A stretch of 64,000 nucleotides of DNA from the NCBI GenBank assembly GCA_020444175.1, contig JAHLLM010000032.1, positions 186 to 64,185 of the forward strand, written 5' to 3'. The notes under the pieces were generated by a model. That model was not told the origin of the DNA. It saw only the letters and a list, made by a program, of their open reading frames with translations, and did not search any database. Every line of letters begins with the position of its first letter. The first letter of the stretch is position 1. Shown piece by piece: positions 39,722 through 48,468 of the stretch. A program made the position numbers and the translations under genes. The stretch comes from Desulfobulbaceae bacterium (GTDB lineage: Bacteria; Desulfobacterota; Desulfobulbia; Desulfobulbales; SURF-16).

Positions 39722-41815
39722 ATGGAGGCCTCGTCAGCCTGGGATAAAGAAACCAGGATAGAATTTATAATTTTTCTAGCGGCAATACTCGGCTGCATTC
39801 TTTTTGCCCAAAATGCCTGGGGCAGCTACAGGCAATTTATTCCGAAGTATCTTGATTTTTCAGCAGAAATGGGGGTCAATTCACTTTATGAGTGGAACAA
39901 GAATGAATCTGATTCTTCATCTTCCACCAGAAGCGACCTTACCCTTTTTGAAGGGATGAAAGTTACGGGTCTTGGCTATATCTACAGCCCTCTCTTTGTC
40001 AGCCTGAAAACAGTTGTCGGACTCGGTCTGATTCAGGAAAGAATTGAAAGAGACGGGGAAACTTACACTGCCCGGGGCGATGGGCATTCTTTTCTGCAGG
40101 AGGCAAAAATCCTGCCCACCCATCCTTATAATCTGGATTTATTTTTTCAGAGGGCAATTCCCATTACAGCCGGACAGGAAGGAGAAAGCGGCACCGTTGT
40201 CATATACAGTTACGGGGCTGACGCGCGCTATGAAAAGCGCCCATGGGCAACGACCCTGACCTACACTGGTCGCAAAAGGGAAGCTGTCACCACTGCAGAA
40301 ACAAATTCTCTGCTCTACAACTTTCATTACTTTCATTCCGGCGCAAGCTTTTCCGGCTTATTCCACCATTCTGAAGGCTTTCGCGATGACGGGAATGACA
40401 CCACCGAGCGCGACATGTACAGCCTCTCGCTTCTCAAAGAACTTGAAAAAATTCGTTTTTCCTCCCGCTGGACCCATGACCAGGAGGATGAAGACAACAC
40501 GGGAGGAGTCAATTATTTCTCCTCCAATATTGAAAGCGATGAGTTTACAGGAGAAGTATCCTTTGATCTGCCTTACAAATTTAAATCCCACATATCCTAT
40601 ATTAATCTTGACAGAAGGACAAACACGTCACTCAATGATCGCTCCCAGCAATCCTACAGCAAGTCGGAAAATTACAATTTCAGACTCTCCCACCGGCTCT
40701 ATGAAAGTCTGCAATCAGCTATCCAGGCCGGATATAATACAATCGACTCCGTCAGTGGACAAACAAACCTGGACAACTACCGGCTGACCCTGGATTACAC
40801 AAAGAAAATTCCATGGGGAAGCGTTTCTCTCGGATTCTCAAACAGTCTCTCCCTGCTTGACAACACAGGGGCTCCCTTGACAATTGCTCCTCAAACAATT
40901 GCCCAATCCGCAACCTCAGTAGCCACCAAATTCGGGCCGGCTTTTTTAATTAACATCAATGACCAGACTGTTGACGAGTCAACCATACTCGTTCGGGCGT
41001 CTGATCCTGAATTCCCCGGCAGGCAGATATTTTTAACAAGAGGGATCGACTATGAATATGATGATGTCGACAAAATCCTCTATATCCTGGACACAGGCAT
41101 TACCCCCCCCGGACTCGACCCGGATACAGACTACCCTCGAGGCTATTCATTTACCCTGGAGTACTCCTCTATCTGGGCTGAATATGAACTGCAGACCGAT
41201 GCGTGGGGGACAACCCTGCAGCTCCCCCTGTTCGACAATTTAATTACTCCGCATTATTCCTATATGCAGAGCGACCAGAAAGTCACATCCGGGAATTATC
41301 CGGGCGAACCGGCAAACTCAAAAATACATTCCATAGGCCTCTCCCTGATCAAAGTCCCATTCAAGGCAGACATATCACGAAGCTGGCTCAGATCGAACAC
41401 CAATTCAGAGGACAGGTTGCTTTTCAGCACAAGTTACAGCAAAGCGATAACTCCGTTCACAACAGGATTCCTCAGCTTTTCTTTTGAAGACTCCCAAACA
41501 GAACAGCACGAAACCGGAACCACAGAGGAACAGACGACAAACCTTTCAGAACAAATTTATAATTTCCAGGCCCAGATACAAACCATTATTCCCGAAAAAA
41601 ACATAACGGCTTCACTTACCTCAAATTACTCGCTTTACATGGGGACAGGAGAAACCACAAACTTTTCTTTATACTCTACCCTCATATGGCATGTCGGCAA
41701 ACTTGATGTTGACCTGTCTGCAACGTATTCCACGACAGACTCCAAAGTGGCCGACAGTGAAACGCAGAGACAAAATGCTCTTGTAAAATTAATGATACGA
41801 AGGGAATTATTTTAA
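39722..41815 (+). CDS. putative outer-membrane beta-barrel protein
   Basis: Signal peptide; S/T/Y/N-rich alternating amphipathic strands; C-terminal ...KLMIRRELF ending in Phe; located between NHL and foldase genes. Confidence 0.7.
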   Translation: MEASSAWDKETRIEFIIFLAAILGCILFAQNAWGSYRQFIPKYLDFSAEMGVNSLYEWNKNESDSSSSTRSDLTLFEGMKVTGLGYIYSPLFVSLKTVVGLGLIQERIERDGETYTARGDGHSFLQEAKILPTHPYNLDLFFQRAIPITAGQEGESGTVVIYSYGADARYEKRPWATTLTYTGRKREAVTTAETNSLLYNFHYFHSGASFSGLFHHSEGFRDDGNDTTERDMYSLSLLKELEKIRFSSRWTHDQEDEDNTGGVNYFSSNIESDEFTGEVSFDLPYKFKSHISYINLDRRTNTSLNDRSQQSYSKSENYNFRLSHRLYESLQSAIQAGYNTIDSVSGQTNLDNYRLTLDYTKKIPWGSVSLGFSNSLSLLDNTGAPLTIAPQTIAQSATSVATKFGPAFLININDQTVDESTILVRASDPEFPGRQIFLTRGIDYEYDDVDKILYILDTGITPPGLDPDTDYPRGYSFTLEYSSIWAEYELQTDAWGTTLQLPLFDNLITPHYSYMQSDQKVTSGNYPGEPANSKIHSIGLSLIKVPFKADISRSWLRSNTNSEDRLLFSTSYSKAITPFTTGFLSFSFEDSQTEQHETGTTEEQTTNLSEQIYNFQAQIQTIIPEKNITASLTSNYSLYMGTGETTNFSLYSTLIWHVGKLDVDLSATYSTTDSKVADSETQRQNALVKLMIRRELF

Positions 41816-41825
41816 AAAAAACTCA

Positions 41826-41942
41826 TAGTGTCATGTCAAATGCCTTTTGACGCCTGCTGTAGGTCGGGAACCCATTCCCGACACTGAAGAGTCGCCATGG
41901 GTACGGCGATCTACACGACAATTGAAGCTTGACATGACACTA
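41826..41942. mobile_element. MITE with 14-bp perfect inverted ends (TA-bounded, IS630-like)
   Basis: TAGTGTCATGTCAA ... TTGACATGACACTA; internal GTAG-GTCGGGAA-ccca-TTCCCGAC hairpin. Confidence 0.65.
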
Positions 41943-41996
41943 GCTGTAAACGGCGTTTTACCAGCTGACAAAAAATTACTTTTAAGGATTATCCAG

Positions 41997-43058
41997 ATGA
42001 AACTCATTCGCACCACCTGTACAGGAATTCTAACGGCCCTCTTTTGCAGCCTTGTTATTGCAACAGTCACTCCAGTTCATGCCTTCAAAGGAATCGGCTC
42101 CAGCGGTGGGGCAATGATGAACCAGGATGACGGCACCCCCCAGAACATTACCATCGAGGGGCATGGGGAAAACGCCGATGTGGTTGTTGCGACTGTCAAC
42201 GGCGTCAAGATCACCATGGGAACACTGATGAATTCCATGATGGAGAACATCGTGCAAAAAGGGTACAGCATGGACAATCTCTCTTCAGAGCTGACCAGAC
42301 GTATCCGCAGTGAATCCCTTGAGCAGCTTGCCCTGGAGGAATTGGCCTACCAACGCGCCATATCTCTGGGCATTTCCGCTGATCCGGCTGTTGTCCAGGC
42401 TCAACTTGATGCCCAGATACAAAGCAAGGGAAGCCGCGAAGCACTGGATGCTGACCTGTCTAAAAAGAATAAAAGCTTTGACGATTTGAAAAATGAAATC
42501 ACCCGTTATATGATCATCAAGCAACTGATCAGGCAGGAAGTTAACGACAATGTTACGGTTTCACCAGAGGAAATTGATACTGTATACCAAAATAACAGAG
42601 ACGAGTTTGTCACCAAAGAACGGGTTGTAGTGACTGACATCACCTTTTTTCTTGATCCCGCCGACCCTGCTTCAAGAGAGAGAGTTCTGGCTGTAAAAAA
42701 AGAAATCTTGCAGGAGCATGGGGGCGACCCAACTGCATTAACACCTCAAGGCTTTGTAGTGCGGAATCAGATCAATGTTTCTACAGAGAACCAAAACCCG
42801 CTTTACGATGCGGCAAAAAAGCTTGAGGTGGGCTCTTTCTCCGACCCACTGGTAATCGACGGCACGCTGCACCTTATAAAATTTGATTTCCATGAACCCC
42901 GCACAGAAAAACCTGTTAAAGAAGCAAAGGCCTATGTTGCACAAAAGATAAAAGCGGCCAAACACCGGGAACTCCTAGCCAACTGGCGCAAAAGCCTTAT
43001 CGACGAAGCTGACATTAAAATTGTCCACGAAATGCTGCAGGATAAGCACGAGGACTGA
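41997..43058 (+). CDS. SurA/PpiC-like exported foldase (degenerate parvulin domain)
   Basis: Start ATG 41997 (the upstream extension runs through a MITE); signal peptide; VVATVNGVKIT, LEQLALEELAYQRA, VGSFSDPL..DGTLHLI. Confidence 0.78.
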   Translation: MKLIRTTCTGILTALFCSLVIATVTPVHAFKGIGSSGGAMMNQDDGTPQNITIEGHGENADVVVATVNGVKITMGTLMNSMMENIVQKGYSMDNLSSELTRRIRSESLEQLALEELAYQRAISLGISADPAVVQAQLDAQIQSKGSREALDADLSKKNKSFDDLKNEITRYMIIKQLIRQEVNDNVTVSPEEIDTVYQNNRDEFVTKERVVVTDITFFLDPADPASRERVLAVKKEILQEHGGDPTALTPQGFVVRNQINVSTENQNPLYDAAKKLEVGSFSDPLVIDGTLHLIKFDFHEPRTEKPVKEAKAYVAQKIKAAKHRELLANWRKSLIDEADIKIVHEMLQDKHED

Positions 43059-43077
43059 GGACTGAGAGTAAAATATT

Positions 43078-44157
43078 ATGGAAATTACTGCAAAGAGCAA
43101 AACGCCATTTATCCGCTTATTTAGTCTTTTAATACTGCTTGCGGCGTTTACAGGTTGCGCCTCCACCGAATGGCAACCCGTTACCCTCAAAATGGGTGAG
43201 ATATCCTGGCCGCCCCCACCGAATACAAAGGTGCGCTATTTAGGCGAAATAACAGAATTTGAACAAACAAGCAAATCCTTAAAAACAATACTTATCGGCA
43301 AAAGTCAGGCAGGTAGAATTCTCAAACCGGTTGCCGTAACATCCGGACCGGGAAACCGCATGGCCATTGCCGATCAGGACAGAAAAGGCGTTCATTTTTA
43401 TGACCCAGCCAGCAAGACGTATAAGTTTCTTTTCATAGCAGGCAAGGAAAAAATTGAAACTCCGGTTGGTGTTGCCTTTGACGATGCCGGCAACCTCTAT
43501 GTCACGGATTCGCAGCTAAAAAAAATAATCATATACGACTCCCAGGCTACTTTTCTTAAATCCCTGGACCATGCCGGGGAACTGCCGCTGCTCAGACCAT
43601 CAGGTATTACCTTTAATCAGTTTGACAGCCGAATCTATGTTTCCGACACTCTGCGCCACCAGATTCTGGTCTTCAGCAGACTTGGTGAATTCATAACCCG
43701 CATCGGCCAGAGAGGAGAGAGTATTGGATCTCTCAACTTTCCCACCCACATCAGTTCTGACCTGTATGGCAAGATTTACATTACTGATTCCATGAACTTT
43801 CGCACCCAGATCCTTTCGCCTAAAACCCTTAAATGGCAGACATTCGGTCGCCATGGAAACGGCTCCGGCGATTTTGCCAGTCCCAAAGGAATCGGGGTTG
43901 ACAGCAACGGCTACATCTATGTAGCCGAAACCTTGTTTGATAATATACAAATTTTTACTGACGCAGGAACCTACATGCTGCCCGTTGGTTCGCAAGGAAC
44001 CGGCCCAGGTCAGTTCTGGATGCCGTCCGGTCTTTTTATCGACAAGAGTGACAAACTTTTTGTCTGCGATACCTACAACGCAAGGGTTCAAATCTTCCAG
44101 CTTTCAACAGGTTCATCCATTGATCGGAAGCAGACGAAAGGGAGTACGGAAATATGA
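43078..44157 (+). CDS. NHL-repeat beta-propeller lipoprotein
   Basis: Lipobox FTGC; WPPPP; P.G.AFD..GNLYVTD, GDFASPKGIGVD, GQFWMPSGL repeats. Confidence 0.9.
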   Translation: MEITAKSKTPFIRLFSLLILLAAFTGCASTEWQPVTLKMGEISWPPPPNTKVRYLGEITEFEQTSKSLKTILIGKSQAGRILKPVAVTSGPGNRMAIADQDRKGVHFYDPASKTYKFLFIAGKEKIETPVGVAFDDAGNLYVTDSQLKKIIIYDSQATFLKSLDHAGELPLLRPSGITFNQFDSRIYVSDTLRHQILVFSRLGEFITRIGQRGESIGSLNFPTHISSDLYGKIYITDSMNFRTQILSPKTLKWQTFGRHGNGSGDFASPKGIGVDSNGYIYVAETLFDNIQIFTDAGTYMLPVGSQGTGPGQFWMPSGLFIDKSDKLFVCDTYNARVQIFQLSTGSSIDRKQTKGSTEI

Positions 44158-45866
44158 GACTTTTCAATGGAATTCGCCTTCTGCTTTTCATCCATTTCAT
44201 GGCAGGATATGCCATGGCTGATATGAGCATAGTGAATTCAAAACATAACCTCTCGGTCAGCGGACCCGGAGAAGTACGGGCACTTAACGAGGACCGCATC
44301 TGCATTTTCTGCCATACTCCTCATAGCGCCACACCGTACACGCCCCTCTGGAATAAGAAACTGGAACCGACCAATTATATCCTCTATCAAAGCAGCACAT
44401 TAAGCGCCTCACCCCAGCAGCCTTCCGGCCCTACCCGGCTCTGTCTGAGCTGCCACGACGGGACAATCGCTCTGGGTGACGTCCTGAAACCGGCCGAAGG
44501 AATACTGATGACAATGGAAATCACGGCAAGTCGAAGAACCTACCTCGACACCGACATATCCGATGACCATCCTGTTTCCTTCAACTATTATGACGCCCTG
44601 CCAAATCCTGAATTGGCCCCTGCTATTCCTCAGGGTCTGATTACCTATGGCGAAGGCAATATCCACTGTACGACCTGTCATGACCCCCACGATGATACAT
44701 ATGGAAATTTTCTGATTAAGGACAACAAGTATTCCGCCCTCTGCACAACCTGCCATGTCAACATTGCCGGCTGGAATACTTCAAGTCACTCATTATCCAC
44801 CAAGATCTGGAGTGATCCTGCAAACAAAGTGCAGACTGTTGCGGAGCATGGCTGTGAAAGCTGTCACACCCCCCATGGAGCAGGAGGCCCGCAACGTCTT
44901 CTTTATCAACTGGAAGAGGAAAAAAACTGCTATCCTTGCCACGACGGAACAGTTGCCAGTCAAAACATCAAAGCCCAGTTTTCAAAATTTTCGCATCATC
45001 CCATTGAAGCAACGACCATTGACGTGACAGGCAACGCCCATGATCCGGCAGAAGATGTCAGTTTTCTGCAATGGCATGTTGAGTGTGTTGACTGCCACAA
45101 CCCCCATGCAGGCAACAGTAGCGAAGCTGCACCCCCTACTGCGTCGGGAAGGCTTAACCTGATTGCCGGGATAGACCAGAGTGGCGCGGTTGTTGATCCA
45201 CTTGTCTATGAATACGAACTCTGCTTTAAATGCCATGGAGACTCCAGCAGCTCCGTTCCTGTCATTAGCCGCTGGATCAATGAAAACAATACATTACTTG
45301 AGTTTGCGCCATCGAACCCTTCATATCACCCTGTTATTGCCATGGGACGCAATACAGATATGCCGAGCCTGCCGAGCACCTACGAACCAGAGCTGACTTC
45401 GACAAGCATAATCACCTGCATCGACTGTCACGACAGCGACGCAACGAGCACTCTGGGCGGCAGTGGGCCTCGTGGACCGCATGGTTCCATTTACAGGCCT
45501 ATCCTGAGACAGCGCTATGACACAATTGACAGACTGCCGGAAAGTGAGGCATCCTACGCGCTCTGTTACCGATGTCATGACCGCACCAAACTTCTTGACG
45601 ATCAAGGAATTTACAACGCCAGCGGACACAAACAGCATGTCGTTGATGCAAGGGCTCCCTGCTCAGTCTGCCATGATCCACATGGTGTCCAGGCAGACGG
45701 CAATGGAGATCATACCCATCTTATCAACTTTGACAGGGTCATTGTCCAACCCTATGGAAGCAACTCCACTCCCATCTTCACAGATCTCGGTCTCAGGGCA
45801 GGAAGATGCACCCTGGTATGCCATGGCGTTGTCCATGATGGCAGTTCGGCTTACACCTATCCCTAA
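44154..45866 (+). CDS. multiheme c-type cytochrome (11 CxxCH + CX3CH) with an OmcE-like N-terminal module
   Basis: Signal peptide; SKHNLS, ICIFCHTPH, PLWN, LCLSCHDG, DDHPV, then further heme motifs; 4-nt overlap with the NHL gene. Confidence 0.92.
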   Translation: MRLFNGIRLLLFIHFMAGYAMADMSIVNSKHNLSVSGPGEVRALNEDRICIFCHTPHSATPYTPLWNKKLEPTNYILYQSSTLSASPQQPSGPTRLCLSCHDGTIALGDVLKPAEGILMTMEITASRRTYLDTDISDDHPVSFNYYDALPNPELAPAIPQGLITYGEGNIHCTTCHDPHDDTYGNFLIKDNKYSALCTTCHVNIAGWNTSSHSLSTKIWSDPANKVQTVAEHGCESCHTPHGAGGPQRLLYQLEEEKNCYPCHDGTVASQNIKAQFSKFSHHPIEATTIDVTGNAHDPAEDVSFLQWHVECVDCHNPHAGNSSEAAPPTASGRLNLIAGIDQSGAVVDPLVYEYELCFKCHGDSSSSVPVISRWINENNTLLEFAPSNPSYHPVIAMGRNTDMPSLPSTYEPELTSTSIITCIDCHDSDATSTLGGSGPRGPHGSIYRPILRQRYDTIDRLPESEASYALCYRCHDRTKLLDDQGIYNASGHKQHVVDARAPCSVCHDPHGVQADGNGDHTHLINFDRVIVQPYGSNSTPIFTDLGLRAGRCTLVCHGVVHDGSSAYTYP

Positions 45867-46134
45867 TCTTGGAGTTCTGCGTTCTGCGTTTTAAATTGAT
45901 GCCCGTTGTCTTTTTCTAATGGCAACGGGCCTTAACGCAGAACACACGGAACTCAGGTCTTTTTTCTTCACAGGCTTTTCCTGACCACCATTGGGTCAAA
46001 CAACCCACACTTGGGGTATCTAACCCTAACACCTTCCTTTACCCCACTTTTTTTCGTGTAAAAAATAATTCCTGACAAGCCAAAAAGCATGCCCTATCAA
46101 AAGGTTACGAAGCAGCAATGTTTCCGCGTACTTT

Positions 46135-46150
46135 CGGCATATTTTTTGCA
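46135..46150 (+). promoter_or_regulatory. sigma54 (-24/-12) promoter
   Basis: CGGCATATTTTTTGCA = GG-N10-GC, ~125 nt upstream of 46275. Confidence 0.7.
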
Positions 46151-46274
46151 AGAATAATACAGACTTACCCTTTAAAAGGGAAAAGATTATCAATTTTGAC
46201 TTTTCAGTCAAATATTTAATGACTTCTTTATCTTCTAGGAGGAGAAGAGAGGGAAGGAGGAGGAGGGAGAAAAC

Positions 46275-48449
46275 GTGAGGAAAACAAATTTTATTCAAAT
46301 CTTCAGTATTGTCGGGCTGCTCATGACGACAATACCTGCTGCCGGTTCAGGCGGTTGCCTGGACTGCCACGAAACAACCGGCTGCCTGACGCCGACGAAA
46401 CCGCAAGGCACTTGCGCAAGCTGCCATCTCGACAGTGCAGACGTAAATGACTACCTGATGAACTTTACCGCTGCTACCATTGACAGCGGGGAATGGCAGA
46501 CCGAAGGCCATGGCCAATCAGGGATCGCCATGGAATGTGAATACTGTCATGATTATGATGTAAGACACGGTGAACCGACAAACCCTTTCCGGCTGGCCAA
46601 CACTTCCACTCCTGGGGCTGCCGGACAAAATACGAATTGCCTGGCATGCCACGGAACAGATTCCGCAGGTTTTGATCCGGACGGAGCGGACACGACATTT
46701 TCTCTTTTCAACTCAGTTGTTAAAATTGATTCTAATCATGCAGGAAGTCGGCATAATGATCTCACCGACGGAGGATATTTCTGCTGGGACTGTCACGACC
46801 CCCATGGAGACACCAACAGAAGCATGATCCACGACGAAGTCTCCCGGCAAACCGACGGAGAATTCGGCATTCCGACACTTACTGCCCCAGTCAGTTTTAT
46901 TGCCAATCTAACGGGCACGGATTATGCCGGTTCAACAGCACCTTTCGACGGGATATGTCAAGCCTGCCATACATCAGCCAATCATTACACGTCAACTTCC
47001 GGGGACAGGCATAATGAACAATACAGATGCGTAACCTGCCACGAGCATCAGGATGGCTTCAAACCAAACTGTAACGCCTGTCACGGCTATCCTCCGGAAG
47101 TCGATACTCCACAGGGCGTGGACGGACTGGTGGTTATTCCTCAAGCAACAGGTTCTTTTACAGCGGGAGCCCACGCCACCCATGCTGTCGATTATGGCTA
47201 CTCCTGTTACACCTGTCATTTTGACGGCATGCCGGACACGCCGATTTTTGACGATTACCGCATCCAGATGGGTTTTGACATTTTAGGCTTCAACGGGGCC
47301 GGCTCAACCTACAATGGCCAATCCTCCCTGAACGCCGCATACTCATACCAGGGCACCAACGGTACTGCTATCTCAAACACCGGCACACCAACAACCTGTA
47401 CAAATATTTATTGCCATAGCAATGGTACGGCAGTAGCAACCAGTTTTGCCGACCCGACTAATTTTCCTGGTCCGAACCAGAGTTCTCCAGCATGGGATGG
47501 ATCAACGGGCTGCACCTCCTGTCACAATTACGGGCCAGCCTATGCCGAAGACCAACCCAAAGCAAATAAACATGGGCGACATCTCAATCTCTTTACCAAT
47601 CTGCAGTTAAACTATGATGAGAACCCCTGCCACTTCTGTCACTACAATACCACAACTGACGGAATGACAATCACCAACCGCGCCAACCATGTCAACCGCC
47701 AGTATGATGTTACACCAGACACAGGGGCCATTTTTTTCCAGAATGCAACAACCCCGATTCCCGTGAATTTCAGCTACAGTTTTGATCCCGGCGGAGGCAC
47801 ATGCTCGAATATCAGCTGCCATCAGGGAATCATGACGGAAACAGCCAACTGGGGCAGCAATATTGAAGCAAGCTATTCCTGGTCAGCAGGAAGCGGCTGC
47901 GGATCGGTCAGTTTCACAATATTCGTCACATCGGCCAATGCCGAACCGCCCTACCAGTACAAAATCGACTGGGAAAGTGACGGAGTTTGGGATTACGAAG
48001 GCCCTGATAATCAGAACCTGCACACGTATTCCGATACAGCAACGCAATATATTACTTTCTCGGTCAGAGATGCTAACGGTCGTACTTTAGCAGGTGATGG
48101 TTCAGAACAGACGGGGCCAATTAACCCACCGTCAACCAATGCCCTGCCTGTGGTAGCAGTGAGTGCTTCGACAAGCGGTTATACCGTCACCCTTACAGAT
48201 CAATCATTCGATCCGGATTATAACAGCTGCGGCCACACTGGATCAGGCCGCGTCATGATTGACTGGGGTCCGGGAGGCTATGTCTATTATGATTTTGATC
48301 CTCCCCTTTCAGACAGCCCGTCAGGCCAACAGTTCTCCCACACGTACTCCAGCAGCGGGCCTTTCACCATCCGTTACGGGGTCTATGATAATGTCATCAC
48401 CTATCCCGTGTTCCATGACAACATCAGAGTGACTGTTCCTCAAAACTGA
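46275..48449 (+). CDS. CxxxxCH/CxxCH-type multiheme cytochrome (11 CxxCH + 2 CX4CH) with C-terminal PKD-like domains
   Basis: GTG start after GGAGG; signal peptide; CTNIYCHSNG...W...CTSCH and CSNISCH; IDW..DG..HTY repeats. Confidence 0.9.
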   Translation: MRKTNFIQIFSIVGLLMTTIPAAGSGGCLDCHETTGCLTPTKPQGTCASCHLDSADVNDYLMNFTAATIDSGEWQTEGHGQSGIAMECEYCHDYDVRHGEPTNPFRLANTSTPGAAGQNTNCLACHGTDSAGFDPDGADTTFSLFNSVVKIDSNHAGSRHNDLTDGGYFCWDCHDPHGDTNRSMIHDEVSRQTDGEFGIPTLTAPVSFIANLTGTDYAGSTAPFDGICQACHTSANHYTSTSGDRHNEQYRCVTCHEHQDGFKPNCNACHGYPPEVDTPQGVDGLVVIPQATGSFTAGAHATHAVDYGYSCYTCHFDGMPDTPIFDDYRIQMGFDILGFNGAGSTYNGQSSLNAAYSYQGTNGTAISNTGTPTTCTNIYCHSNGTAVATSFADPTNFPGPNQSSPAWDGSTGCTSCHNYGPAYAEDQPKANKHGRHLNLFTNLQLNYDENPCHFCHYNTTTDGMTITNRANHVNRQYDVTPDTGAIFFQNATTPIPVNFSYSFDPGGGTCSNISCHQGIMTETANWGSNIEASYSWSAGSGCGSVSFTIFVTSANAEPPYQYKIDWESDGVWDYEGPDNQNLHTYSDTATQYITFSVRDANGRTLAGDGSEQTGPINPPSTNALPVVAVSASTSGYTVTLTDQSFDPDYNSCGHTGSGRVMIDWGPGGYVYYDFDPPLSDSPSGQQFSHTYSSSGPFTIRYGVYDNVITYPVFHDNIRVTVPQN

Positions 48450-48468
48450 TCTGAAAAGGAGAAAAAAC

